A stretch of DNA of 64,000 nucleotides from Adineta vaga (taxonomy: Eukaryota; Animalia; Rotifera), in NCBI GenBank assembly GCA_021613535.1, contig CP075492.1, positions 15,686,001 to 15,750,000 on the forward strand, written 5' to 3'. The notes under the pieces were generated by a model. That model ran no database searches. It had not been told where the DNA came from and saw nothing but the letters and a program-made list of their open reading frames with translations. Position 1 is the first letter of the stretch. Each line of letters opens with the position of its first letter. Shown here one piece after another: positions 1 to 11,884 of this stretch. The position numbers and the translations under genes are program-made.

Positions 1-3000
1 AAATGTAAACTATTCATTATTAAATCAAAACTTTTTATAATCGATGAATATTCTACAATACACCAAATTCGTTGTTGTTCATCATTATATTCTCGAAATA
101 AACGTCGATAGATTGGATCATGAATAGTTGTACAAATAATAAGGATTATAAAAGTTGAAATGATCCATTTCGCTATTGATTTTGTTCGTTTCTTATTAAA
201 ATTTACTCCTTTAATAACTATAAATGTTCGTTCAATACTCACACATGCAGTTAACCATTGATTCATTGTTAAACAAAATCGAAGAAGAAAATCCATTGAA
301 TAACATTGCAAATTTAAAAACAACTCATTTTCAATCAATTGCATTTGTGAAAATAAAAGTATAGAAAATTTCAATGGAAATAGAAATATAATTATCATAC
401 TTAAAATTGATGAACATAAAAGATAAATTCCACAACCAGTTTCACAAATGTTTTCCTCTTTAAATGTAATTAATGATAACACACCATTGATGAAACCGAC
501 AATTACTATAAAAATAGTTATAATTATCATTAGAAGAACAATATATGATTGATTTGATAAACTATATTTCGGTTGTATATGAAAACCAAGAATTGCATCG
601 AGAGAAAGGCTAAAACTATGCGTATTTAATTGACATTGTGCACCATAATAACAGACAGGACATATACATATAGATGTTGATGGACATGCTAAATTATCTT
701 GATAACAAGTTCCATCATTGATACAAGCACTTTTACCTAAACAATTGATTTTTTTCTTATGTTCAAATTCGAAACAATTCGCAACAGATTGACTTTGATG
801 ATTTTGACATAAACATAAATGCATCTCATCATAAAAACATGGAATATTTTGAGAATTATTTCTTTGACATAGAACATGATAATATTTAATACGATGAAGA
901 AGATGATAATTTAAAATTCCTTCATCCATTAATTCTTTTATATGAAAACAACGATCAGATAAATGAATCGTTCGTTCAATACTCATCGATTGATTGTGTT
1001 GATTTTGTACCAGAGTTAGATAATAATTTTCATTCCGTTCAATAAAAACAAGATGAAATTTATACGACCAATAGATTGTCATCGAACGTTGACCATATGG
1101 AATCATTCGATAACTGACTGTATGTGCAGGATGTTTACGTGGATCAAGTTCAATAAAATGTATATGTATTCCAGTTGGTAGAATGATATTCGTATCGAAT
1201 GAAATAAGAAGTCTTGCTTGAGGTATTTCACATTTTTCTCCAGTAAAATTTTTTGGGCAAATACAAAGATTTTGTCGATATTTTGTTCGATATTCATCGA
1301 TAATTAAACATTGACCACCATTTAAACATATATGATTTTGATTATTTTCACATAAAAATGTATTTTTAAGGAAACATCGACTACCCAGTTTATTTAAAGG
1401 ACAAATACATATTGATCGATTCGTTGGTAATTTACCAAGACATAATGAATCTGATGAACATGTACAATCATATGGTATATGGCAATATCGACCAGACCAT
1501 CCGGAATTACATTGACAAAATGTTCGAAATTCCGGATCATGAAAATATTTTCGACATTTTCCATTTCTACATTGATTATCTGAACAAAACTCTGGTTTAT
1601 CATGAATACTTGGTATAGCCAATTGAAATGCTAGACGATAAACAGGTAAGAATGGGAATAAAATTTTTTTAATTGTACTTCCACGATAATTTAATGATTT
1701 TCTTTCATAAATATCAATATGAATAAAATATTGTTGACTTTCATTTTTCGGTCGAGTAGAATATAATAAATAGAAATTGAATTTTTTTTGACAATATTTT
1801 TTTGATAAATAAGTTATTTGTTCATAAGAATGAATCATTCGTTGATCACTATCATCAATTAACGAGATGATGATAATAATTGGTATTTCAATTGTATCTG
1901 ATGAGACAAGAAATTGCATTGTGATACTAATTCGTTGATTTTGATATTGACAAAAATTACCATAGAAACTCGGAGGACAAAAACATACTAATTTTGTAAG
2001 ATTGTTTGCTTTATCTAACCAAACTTGTGATTCAAGACCTCGATGACAACGTTGTTGTTGTTGTTGTTCGTCTTCTTCTTCATATATATTTTTAATAACT
2101 AATTCATTCTTGATAAGATTTGTTTGAGATGAATCGGTAATTTCAGCAAGTTTGAAATAATTGAAATTAAAATGATTACCACTTAGTTCATGAAAAGGTT
2201 TACAAAACACTTCTGCAGCAGGAGAATTCATCGAAGTAGAACCATAATAACAAAATAATTCCGATGGTTCATCATTATTAATACTACTGCATATTTTTTC
2301 ATCATCTCCATGTTCACATTGTGTTTTTCCATCGCAAATAGTTTGCCATGATATACAATATCGACGACTATCATTCACACAATGAAATGATTTATATACA
2401 CCTGTCGGTTGTTCCATTCGACAACGAATTGGTTCATCCGTACCACCGATACAATCAACAATACCATCATTCGCTTTTTCAATAGGTAAACACATGAGTT
2501 CATTGGTTTTTAATGAACCACATATGTGATTATTTGATGGACATTGTAAGATTGGTGATGAATCACAATTAAGTTCATCGGCACCATTTGGACAATTCCA
2601 AAAGTCATTACAACGTGTATAAACATTGTTACATGGCCATAAATCACAATCAGTTTCATCGGTTTGATTTCGATTATCGATTAATTTGGGAAATAAATGT
2701 ATAAAACCATCGCAAATTGTTGTAAAATAAATTTTCATTCGAGTTTTGGAGTCGCGAGAGGATTCATCATCACAATTCTTCGCATCATATTTTGTACAAT
2801 GACATATATTATCGGCAAATAAACGACGTGGAATACATTCATTAGTTGTTTCACATTTAAATGAATTCAAATTTTCTTGTGTTGAACAATTTTTATTCAA
2901 CGTAGAAATATCTTCATCATCATTATAAAAACAATCTTGAATACTATCCATCAAACGATATTTTGATATACATTTACTTGAGTTCATACATTGATACATC

Positions 3001-4394
3001 GTTGTATTATTACATAACATTGAATTATTATAGATCCACGATGTCCAGAGTTGTAACCATCGATATAATGGATGAATGTATGATTCAATCCATCCTCGTT
3101 CGAGGTCATCACCGACAATGATAGATGTATTATAAAAACGACATGTTAGATTATCCAAACGCATCGTTATTTCATTATTAGAAGGTAAATAAAGCAGTGT
3201 ATCGTTATAACAAACATAAGTTGGTTGAGGAATTGTAGTTTCCTTATATTTTAAATGATTATTTGCATATAAAACAAAAATATGACCTAATACAATAGGA
3301 AATGCTGTTGTGTAAACAAGATATGGACAAGTATCTCTAACGATATTATCACATGTTTTCTTACGACAAAGATTTCGACAAAATACTTCATTGGAAATCG
3401 GCATATGAATAATACATTTAACCACTGTCCAACATTGATCCGATGTGATACTTTTTGGTTTAATTGAATATAATGTTTCGGATAATAGTTCACCACGTTT
3501 TAATACACAAGAACTTGAAATACGTTCCAAACGAGAATCAGCAATGTGTATACATGAAACATCTTCCATTCCAAATGTTGGTTCTCCAAGAAATTTGTTT
3601 ACAAAAGACGATAATATTGAAAAAAATACTGTAGCATCCGATATATCAAGACAATCAACATGAGATTGTTCCTCTCGAAGAAATGTTAATGGTATACATT
3701 GTCCATCTAAACAACGAAATTCATCTTCATTACATTCGTTTATTTCAGTTTTCCAACAATATTTTTCATCGAGTCCATCGTTAAAACAATCAATTTTTCC
3801 ATCACATATATCAGTCCAATCAAGACAAGACGGCAATGGACCTCGATCACATTCTAAATGTTCATAACATGTGAGAGTTTTCGGTTCATATTTATTGGCC
3901 TTGTAGTAATTATTAACAATTTCATCTAAGAATAATTGATCAAATTTATAAGCCAATAAACTATATTCACAAAATGGACCAAAATCTGGTAAAGTACAAT
4001 TGTAGAAATATTCTTCGGCAAGTAGTTTTGTTGCAGAATTTGGTGACTCATCAAGATAGGATTGATAATGTTGAATAGTATCCATCGGTGCCGACCAAAG
4101 ATATAATTGTTCACTTGTAATATTGGCTGATGCTAATTGAGCAAAAGTAAATTTTGAATCGGTATTATTAGTTTGTATCTTCCATGTTGATGACCATTCC
4201 CCTAAACAATAAGGAATAATTTGATAAGGTTCACGATCGAAACGTCTTGCAGAAGTAGCATAGAGACAATCGTGTAATAGACCATTATAATTTTGATCAC
4301 TGCTTGTCCTATCCGTTAGATAGAGATTGATTTGAAGTTCACTATGAATTACATATGAGCTTAGACTGTAAAATAATATTTTAATGAGCAACAT
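1..4394 (-). CDS. Large secreted-ectodomain GPCR (LDL-receptor class A repeats + EGF-like repeats + rhodopsin-like 7TM); 3' end runs off the window
   Basis: ATG at 4394 gives MLLIKILFYSLSSYVIHSELQINLYLTD (signal-like). Spot translations show LDLa motifs (CLDWTDICDGKIDC, ECNEDEFRCLDGQCIP), EGF-like Cys motifs and TM segments with CVSIERT. The same frame reads WCIVEYSSIIKSFDLIMNSLH at the window edge. Missing from the ORF track, presumably because there is no stop in the window; not every codon was checked. Confidence 0.8.
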   Translation of the reverse strand, partial: MLLIKILFYSLSSYVIHSELQINLYLTDRTSSDQNYNGLLHDCLYATSARRFDREPYQIIPYCLGEWSSTWKIQTNNTDSKFTFAQLASANITSEQLYLWSAPMDTIQHYQSYLDESPNSATKLLAEEYFYNCTLPDFGPFCEYSLLAYKFDQLFLDEIVNNYYKANKYEPKTLTCYEHLECDRGPLPSCLDWTDICDGKIDCFNDGLDEKYCWKTEINECNEDEFRCLDGQCIPLTFLREEQSHVDCLDISDATVFFSILSSFVNKFLGEPTFGMEDVSCIHIADSRLERISSSCVLKRGELLSETLYSIKPKSITSDQCWTVVKCIIHMPISNEVFCRNLCRKKTCDNIVRDTCPYLVYTTAFPIVLGHIFVLYANNHLKYKETTIPQPTYVCYNDTLLYLPSNNEITMRLDNLTCRFYNTSIIVGDDLERGWIESYIHPLYRWLQLWTSWIYNNSMLCNNTTMYQCMNSSKCISKYRLMDSIQDCFYNDDEDISTLNKNCSTQENLNSFKCETTNECIPRRLFADNICHCTKYDAKNCDDESSRDSKTRMKIYFTTICDGFIHLFPKLIDNRNQTDETDCDLWPCNNVYTRCNDFWNCPNGADELNCDSSPILQCPSNNHICGSLKTNELMCLPIEKANDGIVDCIGGTDEPIRCRMEQPTGVYKSFHCVNDSRRYCISWQTICDGKTQCEHGDDEKICSSINNDEPSELFCYYGSTSMNSPAAEVFCKPFHELSGNHFNFNYFKLAEITDSSQTNLIKNELVIKNIYEEEDEQQQQQRCHRGLESQVWLDKANNLTKLVCFCPPSFYGNFCQYQNQRISITMQFLVSSDTIEIPIIIIISLIDDSDQRMIHSYEQITYLSKKYCQKKFNFYLLYSTRPKNESQQYFIHIDIYERKSLNYRGSTIKKILFPFLPVYRLAFQLAIPSIHDKPEFCSDNQCRNGKCRKYFHDPEFRTFCQCNSGWSGRYCHIPYDCTCSSDSLCLGKLPTNRSICICPLNKLGSRCFLKNTFLCENNQNHICLNGGQCLIIDEYRTKYRQNLCICPKNFTGEKCEIPQARLLISFDTNIILPTGIHIHFIELDPRKHPAHTVSYRMIPYGQRSMTIYWSYKFHLVFIERNENYYLTLVQNQHNQSMSIERTIHLSDRCFHIKELMDEGILNYHLLHRIKYYHVLCQRNNSQNIPCFYDEMHLCLCQNHQSQSVANCFEFEHKKKINCLGKSACINDGTCYQDNLACPSTSICICPVCYYGAQCQLNTHSFSLSLDAILGFHIQPKYSLSNQSYIVLLMIIITIFIVIVGFINGVLSLITFKEENICETGCGIYLLCSSILSMIIIFLFPLKFSILLFSQMQLIENELFLNLQCYSMDFLLRFCLTMNQWLTACVSIERTFIVIKGVNFNKKRTKSIAKWIISTFIILIICTTIHDPIYRRLFREYNDEQQRIWCIVEYSSIIKSFDLIMNSLH

Positions 4395-4759
4395 ATCGCA
4401 ACAATAAAACGATTTTAACTAACGATCATCTGTGCTATATGAAGTGAAAGCTTTAAGTTAAATAGTTCTTTTTTTCTATACTGAAAATGATAACAGATGT
4501 TACAATATTTTCCAACAGAAAGCATTTTGTTAATCATATGAGTTTAACTAAACGTTTTTTCTCTACAGAAAAACGACTTTAACGAACGATTAGAATAGAA
4601 TAGAATAGAAACAACGTAATTATAGCTAGCTAAACGTGAGTATGAGTAACGCTCGATAACAATAAAGAGATATCCTCACCAACACTATCAAGATTTGTTT
4701 TAAAGAAAAACTTGCATTTTATTGAAAAAATACGATGTTTAAATGTCTATGTACATCAT

Positions 4760-5287
4760 TTAAAATCGGTATGTGTAAATGGGAAAGAAATAAGATAATG
4801 ATGATTTTTGTTCATTGGTTGGTTTTTTCGGTGCTGAGAATTTAGTTGCATCAGCAGGTAACAGATTACCACATTGATAGCAAAAACATCGTTGATGTGG
4901 AGCATCATTCATGATATGTCCATACTTGCCAGTAAAAACATCGACCAAAAATTTTGGTTTGTGAACTCGAAGACCAGTTGCTACGACATCCAAGAAATTG
5001 TTCTGACGATAACAATGAGGACAATATTCACATTTTGTTTTAATCATATATGGAGTTGAAAAGAAGCCTTTTGGTGTTTCAAGTAATTCTTCGATTTTAT
5101 TCATATCGTCGGCTGATGTTTCAACCATAAGATAACCATCATCGGAATTCGTTAAAAATTCCTCGACCTGTTCATGCCATTGTTTTTCAGGTATTGCTTT
5201 TGGAAACATTTGTTTAGCAATGATATCAACAGGAATCGTTGCAATATCAACAGCTTTTCGTAATACTTCAATTGCAGCAGTAGCCAT
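4760..5287 (-). CDS. Intronless 175-aa protein of unknown function with two Cys clusters (possible Zn-binding)
   Basis: Clean ORF with CEYCPHC and CFCYQC motifs; TATA-like tatataaa about 60 nt upstream. Confidence 0.7.
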   Translation of the reverse strand: MATAAIEVLRKAVDIATIPVDIIAKQMFPKAIPEKQWHEQVEEFLTNSDDGYLMVETSADDMNKIEELLETPKGFFSTPYMIKTKCEYCPHCYRQNNFLDVVATGLRVHKPKFLVDVFTGKYGHIMNDAPHQRCFCYQCGNLLPADATKFSAPKKPTNEQKSSLSYFFPIYTYRF

Positions 5288-5665
5288 GATTTGATTTGGA
5301 TTGAATTCGTTGAGAAATATGAAAAAATCTAAGAGAAAGTGTAGCTCTTTATATAGTATAACGTCGATGCGTAATTTTCTATAAATAATATTTTTTAAAA
5401 CGTAGTTAATCTTTTTTTAGGAAGTACGCAGTTCATCTAGTCTGTCATGAAATTTCGTTGTTTCAAAAAGAATAAGGAAAAAAGAGTAAACTGCGCATAT
5501 GACTCATTTTGTCGCTGTGGCTTCCCCATGTTCTGCATTATGCGAAAAGAACGAAAAGTGAAGTCTGAATTCGTAGCATAAGAAAAGTTTGTTGTCGATA
5601 AGATACGTATTGTAACATGCAAATACTAAAAGCAGTCATCAATATACATATCTATTAGTCGATTG

Positions 5666-7165
5666 TCATAACCACAATGAAATTTGACAAACAAAATCAC
5701 TTGAACACATTTGATGAAAATTTGTATTTATAGTAAGAAATTGTTTATATTTAAGTGACATTTTTGAACAAGAACATTGTAATGAATTCGAATATTGTTG
5801 AAATAAATGTTTATAGAACGATACTGATGATTTTTTCACTTCGATAATAATTGATTGAGAAGTAAAGGCAAACAACATATAGAAAATATATAACATTATT
5901 AAAATAAGGAAGATATGTAATCGACGAATTATAATGAAATCTTTCAATAAAACGAAGTCCAATTAAAATAATTAATTTCAATCCAAGTGATATTCCACCG
6001 AAAAGACTAATTATAAGTGTAATTACAAAAAAAATATCATGTTGACATTGATATTCAAATGTACATAATGATGATGAACATTGTTTATAATATGATGAAA
6101 AAGAAACATTTGTTGACCAAGAATTAACCATTCATTGTTTTATTTGGATTATTAAGTGATGCGTTAAGTGATGAAAAATGAAATAAAACTTCAATAGCAT
6201 AACAACCCATGAAAAAATGTGGAATTAAATTTGTAATAATAACTGTTTGATTATTTATTTTTATTACACGTCTTGTATTATTATAGACTCCTATATTCAT
6301 ATTTCGATAATTAGTAAGTTGATTACCTTGTGTAGTTATATTCGAATGAAATCAAGAGTACGCGTACATATTGAGGTTTAATTGTAAGAAATGTTGAACA
6401 AGGAATTGAAATATATTTACATGGACATACAAGTTTATGAGGATAAGTTTCTTCTACTTGGATATTCGCTATTGGTTTAATTAATAAAGTAAAGATTTTT
6501 CGACCATTAAAACATCAATCATCGATTTTATCGTCATATTTATGTTAAGACGACTTTTTTCATCGATATTCATTGCTGTAAATCTTCCAGATTGTGGAAG
6601 ATACGTAATAAGTTTTTCTAAACATGTCTGATTGTATAGAAACATTCAAGTACTGCTCCAAGAACTGAATTAACTGGTAAACAACCAGACTGAATACCAG
6701 AAATGGTCCATTCTTCATATTTTCTCTCACTATAACTATAAACGACGGAGTTCTACAATCAATATAGACATCACAATTGCATTTTAAAGCATATTCATTT
6801 GAAGGCTGGTACACTGCTACTATATAAGTCGTTCCGTAATAAAAACCATCAAATTCAAAAACAAATATGCCAATACATGTCTGTAATGCAGAAAGTAATA
6901 TGATTTCCTCTTGAAATATCGCGTATTAATTGTAATTGTAATCGAAAAGCATTTGCTATGAATGATTGAATGCTGATTCTACATAAGTTTCTAGAAATGC
7001 TTTATTTAACACGTTTGGACTTAACAATTTACTTATTTCAAATGAAGTAGTACTATGTTCGATAAGAGATTTTGATAAAGAACAAAAACTAGGCAGAGCT
7101 TGAAATTGAACATTGCCATACAATTGAAAATCAAAAGATATGAAAAGAAAGAGAAATACAAACAT
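5666..7165 (-). pseudogene. Decayed remnant of a large Cys-containing multi-TM protein gene
   Basis: Same-strand fragments in shifting frames (FQALPSFCSLSK; CNCDVYIDC; SFSSYYKQCSSSLCTFEY + TM; LQCSCSK...FHQMCSSDF) broken by stops and frameshifts. Confidence 0.45.
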
Positions 7166-7255
7166 AACAATTCTAGAGGAAACTAAACAATGAAATGATA
7201 TTCAACAAAATATTTTTATTCTTGTAAAGTATAGCAGTCACTTTGAAAAAAAACA

Positions 7256-8627
7256 ATGTTGACTCAATCATCGTTGATCACTACGATTCTTACCGAAAAA
7301 AATCGTCGATATTCTCAGCCAGATTTACCTTTACCAGAGAAACATATCTATCATGATTGGTATTCTGATCTTCCACAGAAACAACTATCAACAACTGGAA
7401 AATCTCGACGTGTTATTCATATAAGAATTCAATCACCAAAACACGATGAGCGTCGTACAAAAGAAAATCAATCGATGAATCTTAACAATGATATACACTC
7501 AGTAAGATATTTTTATGGATAACTTCAGCTAAAACCAATTCATTTTTTGATTCACAAAGCTCTCAACGATTCCTATAGGTCATTTTCGACAAAATAAAGT
7601 AGACGTTGCAAACTCAGTACAAAATTCCACTGAGCAGGTACAAAGTGCGCAACATCGGTCACGATTACCGGTAGGAACTAATTCATTTTATATGTTCTTT
7701 GCCAAATGTTTCGTTTTCTTTCTACGATAGTGGAATAGCAGTATTGGAAGCGTTTTAGAAAAACACGACAATTCATTCGGATCAAGTGATGTAAACTCTA
7801 GTTTTCTATTATTAAGGCAAAAATCAATTTGAATTTTAATAGAGTTTCAATCACAATCGCACCACTATAGCCATAGCACACGTGAGTAATTACATACATT
7901 CAATGGCTTATGTAGCATAAATAAGAAAATATTTTTCTGCAACAATAGCAACAACAGTTGCATTTACTAGTACAACCATGGCCACGGGTGAGTGATTATT
8001 TTTCTTTTAAAATACGAATCCAGAAATCCATACATCGACTTGATTATATTCTGTTAGCGATTTAGTCACCAACACAACATTGACCTCCACTTCTACTATC
8101 TCTCCATTGATTACTACGACAAGTAAATATTACTTCTGAAAGTTCTTTGATCATCATAATTACTTTCCTCAGCTATCACATCGACGTCTTGTACTACACC
8201 AAACAATACGAATGGTTATTATACCAGTGTCAACGGCACTTATACAACAGAAACATTTACATATGTTGCCTCGTCCACAGGCAGTCGTATCTTGGAATTT
8301 GGATTTACACAGGCTCAGCTAAATTTGGTTATTTAGATGTTGTCAGTATTGTGGGCACGAATGCATCAAATGCTCGTCAATGATGGTTTTGAAGATGGTA
8401 CTCTTGCTGAATGGCAACTTTTATGCACTTCTAGGTGCGGATCGGATCCTGGTATGCTGACAAGTACATCATGTAATACAGGCTCATTTTGCCTTATCGA
8501 TGGATGTAAAGGTGGACCTGATTTCTTACGACAATCATTCAGTACAATTATGAGTCATATTTATACAGTTACTTTCTTCTCAAAAATTACTAATAGCAAT
8601 CATGACGCTTTTGTTCGAATCTTCTAG
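7256..8627 (+). pseudogene. Multi-exon gene with Thr-rich micro-exons and a C-terminal jelly-roll/CBM-like domain, frameshifted
   Basis: Several GT-AG micro-introns at 7.5-8.17 kb. The last exon reads TFTYVASSTGSRILEFGF / YLDVVSIVGTNASN / MLVNDGFEDGTLAEWQLLC in three different frames. Confidence 0.4.
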
Positions 8628-9686
8628 AAATGTATAATAATCAATCTAACAATTTTCGCTTTGATAAATTAATAAACGCACCGTATAGAAAACTAATAGA
8701 AAGGATAAATGGAGAGTCTACATGTCGATTTAAATCATTACTATACACATAGCTTGCGTTTACTATTTGCTACTAGCAGTAGATGCTCTTCAGATTAGAA
8801 AGTTAGGATACGTTGAATATGAATATAGATCAATATAAGACTGACTCATTTATATTGGTCTAATATTATTATTTTTCTACATTAAAATCGAAAGTAGGTA
8901 TTGATAGAAAAAAATTTTGTTTTTCAAAATCTAATAACAAACCTCTAGGGTATACAGAAAAGAAAAAAATCTTGTTTCTCAACACTTCTCTATATGTTAA
9001 TCGATTCAGAATAGATTCGATTATTCAATAAGCTTGATTCTGAATGTTTTTTTTCTCCTATCTGAATGGTTTACCGGGTATTTTTAAGGGTAATAATGTG
9101 AGTGAAAGTATCATCGAAATAGACTATGCTCACTATCATTGATACTCTGATCTTCTCTTTCACTTCAACAAAAGAATTGATTGATAAAGAAGGAAAAGTT
9201 AAGAAACAGCAGAAAGAATTTGTCTTTCGTGAAGTTAGATAGGTTAGTCTGTTTTTTAATTTATTTGTTTCATCTGCACATTTACCATCTTGGGAATCAG
9301 AGTGTGAGATGAATATTCGTGTTAGTACATCTTATGTCAGTCGTTTACATATATCCACACACCCTATACATCCTGTGTGGAAATATAAATCACATCTAGA
9401 TCCATCCTGAATCATTTCAAATCCTCCGCCATACACCTATCGTGACCAGTATACTGATTTAAAATCAACACACGAACAATTTGTGGTGCACCGATAATTC
9501 TCCTCAGATGTATATAGTTAATGAAAAAACCTTTGTGCCCTAAGACACTTATACATGTATAGCATATTTTATAAATATTCATGATTAAGTATTTTATTAT
9601 AAGAAATTAGCATATAACGATAAAACTGGCCATAATAATATTTTTAAGCAGTTAAAGTTATATATTACTAATTATTCTTAGTGTAA

Positions 9687-10253
9687 TCAAAAGAATTGAT
9701 TAACGAATCCTTCAAGAGTAAGATCACAGTTGGCTCCACCTCCAAACCATGGAGCATTCTTAGCTGTAGCAGTTAACTTGGCGCTATCTTTGTTAGCTGC
9801 TACACGAAGATTCTGTACGTGTTGTTGTTTCATTGACTGGATTAGAGTTGCTGCTGCTTTGTACTTTGCTTCGGCAGCCAAATTGATTGCCGCTTCGTAC
9901 TGGTTGGCAATAGCATTTTCATAGCTAAGCATTGTACCCGATGCATAAAACTCGTTATTGTATGAGCAACGAGAATTCGGTCCGTTTTCTTTTACTCGTA
10001 GCTCTTTGATAGTTCCATGAGCCGTATAAGTACATGTCTGTGTGACTGGATTTTCTCCGAGGTTATTATTTGCCTCTGCTTTGACTTCACATAATGACAT
10101 CCATCGATAACCTGTTCCATTAGGTGATATTGTTACATTGACTTGGGCCAAAAACTTCTTCGCCTGATTTAGAACGGTATCTTCAGCAGCTTGACTATGG
10201 TTTGTTAGTGTGATAGTAACAAGAGCACTAAGTATAAATGTAAAGCAATACAT
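9687..10253 (-). CDS. Secreted 188-aa protein of unknown function
   Basis: Intronless ORF with a hydrophobic signal peptide (MYCFTFILSALVTITLTNHSQA), 4 Cys in the mature part and an Ala-rich helix; TATA-like element upstream. Confidence 0.7.
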   Translation of the reverse strand: MYCFTFILSALVTITLTNHSQAAEDTVLNQAKKFLAQVNVTISPNGTGYRWMSLCEVKAEANNNLGENPVTQTCTYTAHGTIKELRVKENGPNSRCSYNNEFYASGTMLSYENAIANQYEAAINLAAEAKYKAAATLIQSMKQQHVQNLRVAANKDSAKLTATAKNAPWFGGGANCDLTLEGFVNQFF

Positions 10254-10897
10254 ATTCTTACTTTTTCAACAAATACCAATAAATAAAAACGAGTATTGGT
10301 ACTGATGCCGGTTATATAGTAGTTTCAGTAAAAACAGAGGTTATATAATTTATTTAAATAATATTGAGTGGATAAATCAGTTATTTACACCAAAATTAAT
10401 GAAGCATATTTTCTTGTGAAATCGATTTATTGCTCTGTTAGTAAATGACAATTGAAGCATTCATCTGATCACTCTTTCATCTTCATTCTCAAACAAGGAG
10501 AACCATCAGAATTATTATGGATATTTCTCATTCAAGAGCAAAAACGTTGTCGTTCTTCTGATAGAACACACAGAAAAAAAGCAATTCTACGAAATCACTC
10601 TCTTTTCCGCGACAAAAATGAGTTATACATTGTTCGAATATTCGACTTGCAGTGCATAGAGTCCGTCTATCGACGTTATCTAGAGGGTAAGTGAGTAAAG
10701 ACATGTTTGTGACTGTGGAGGTAAAGCAAGACTGAACAATTTTTAATTGCACCGTTTACATCCTCATACTTTCATTGTTCTATCTCTTCTATATTTTACT
10801 GATTATATATGTATGAATCCATTTAATCTTATAACAGAGTAAGTTAATTCGAAGAAAAAAATCATCAATATTGGTTTTTAAGAATACTTCATTAGCA

Positions 10898-11884
10898 TCA
10901 TCGAGCTGTGTGAGTTCCTTGACGATCGCTATTAGTGTCTACATGAATTTGTTGTCGTCGCCATACGAATTTCATTCTTATTTCCTTACATAATTCTGGC
11001 AATGAACCTAAGCACGCAAATGGTATGAGAAAGATAAATAAGTATCCAGCAAAATATAAATACTGTTGTGCTTGTGCACCGTATTCGTCAGGTAAACCAC
11101 ATAAATGGGCAAGTGCAAGAAGATTGAGTAGTAGAACAAAGATTAAATTAAGTGTTGAAATAGATAATAATTGTATTGTCATTTTACGATGTTTACGCCA
11201 TTGAATCGGTTGATTCAAAAGTTGTTTCTGACGAATAACTCGAATCAAAAGAGCTATACTAAAAAAAGCCACTATGAATCCTGGTAAAACATTATTTCCA
11301 ATGAAGTCCCATCTACCAAATACTGGATCATCCTGATAACAAGGATATGCATTACACACTGGTAAATCATAATCATATGTATTTTCACATGGAAATATAA
11401 AAAGAACATAAATGTAGAAAATCAATAAATACGAAAGAATAAAAATCAATGGTAAATAATGGGCGAGAAACCGACCACGTTTTGTTGCTAACCATCGATC
11501 ATTGAAGATTAAAATATGTCGTTCAATTGCTGCCCATGCCATCAAAATTTGTTCGCCATTATATAATGCAAATGCGATAAACCACCAAATAAGACATACT
11601 GTTGGAATAGAAGGTTGTACAATACCATCATTGATGATAAATGCCAGATAAAAAGGGACATCAATTAATTGAGTTCCTAAACCGAATATGATTAAAATGA
11701 TAATTACATGATTATTTAAGGCTTGTCGAGCTGTTCGATTACGAAATAAATGAATTAATAGAATAAAACTACAGATAATCGATGGAAAATCAGTTAGAAG
11801 TAAAAACCAAAAACTAAATGGACGTGGTAATGATATTTCTAACGTGTGGAATGCTTCTTCGGGAATGCTTTCGTTCGTTGTCAT
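10898..11884 (-). CDS. Rhodopsin-like (class A) orphan GPCR
   Basis: Seven hydrophobic segments, WAAIERH (DRY equivalent), KMTIQLL before TM6; probable start MTTNES at 11884. Confidence 0.85.
   Translation of the reverse strand: MTTNESIPEEAFHTLEISLPRPFSFWFLLLTDFPSIICSFILLIHLFRNRTARQALNNHVIIILIIFGLGTQLIDVPFYLAFIINDGIVQPSIPTVCLIWWFIAFALYNGEQILMAWAAIERHILIFNDRWLATKRGRFLAHYLPLIFILSYLLIFYIYVLFIFPCENTYDYDLPVCNAYPCYQDDPVFGRWDFIGNNVLPGFIVAFFSIALLIRVIRQKQLLNQPIQWRKHRKMTIQLLSISTLNLIFVLLLNLLALAHLCGLPDEYGAQAQQYLYFAGYLFIFLIPFACLGSLPELCKEIRMKFVWRRQQIHVDTNSDRQGTHTAR

Noticed and set aside
1103-4114. Six short track ORFs
   Set aside because: Off-frame or antisense shadows of the large GPCR.
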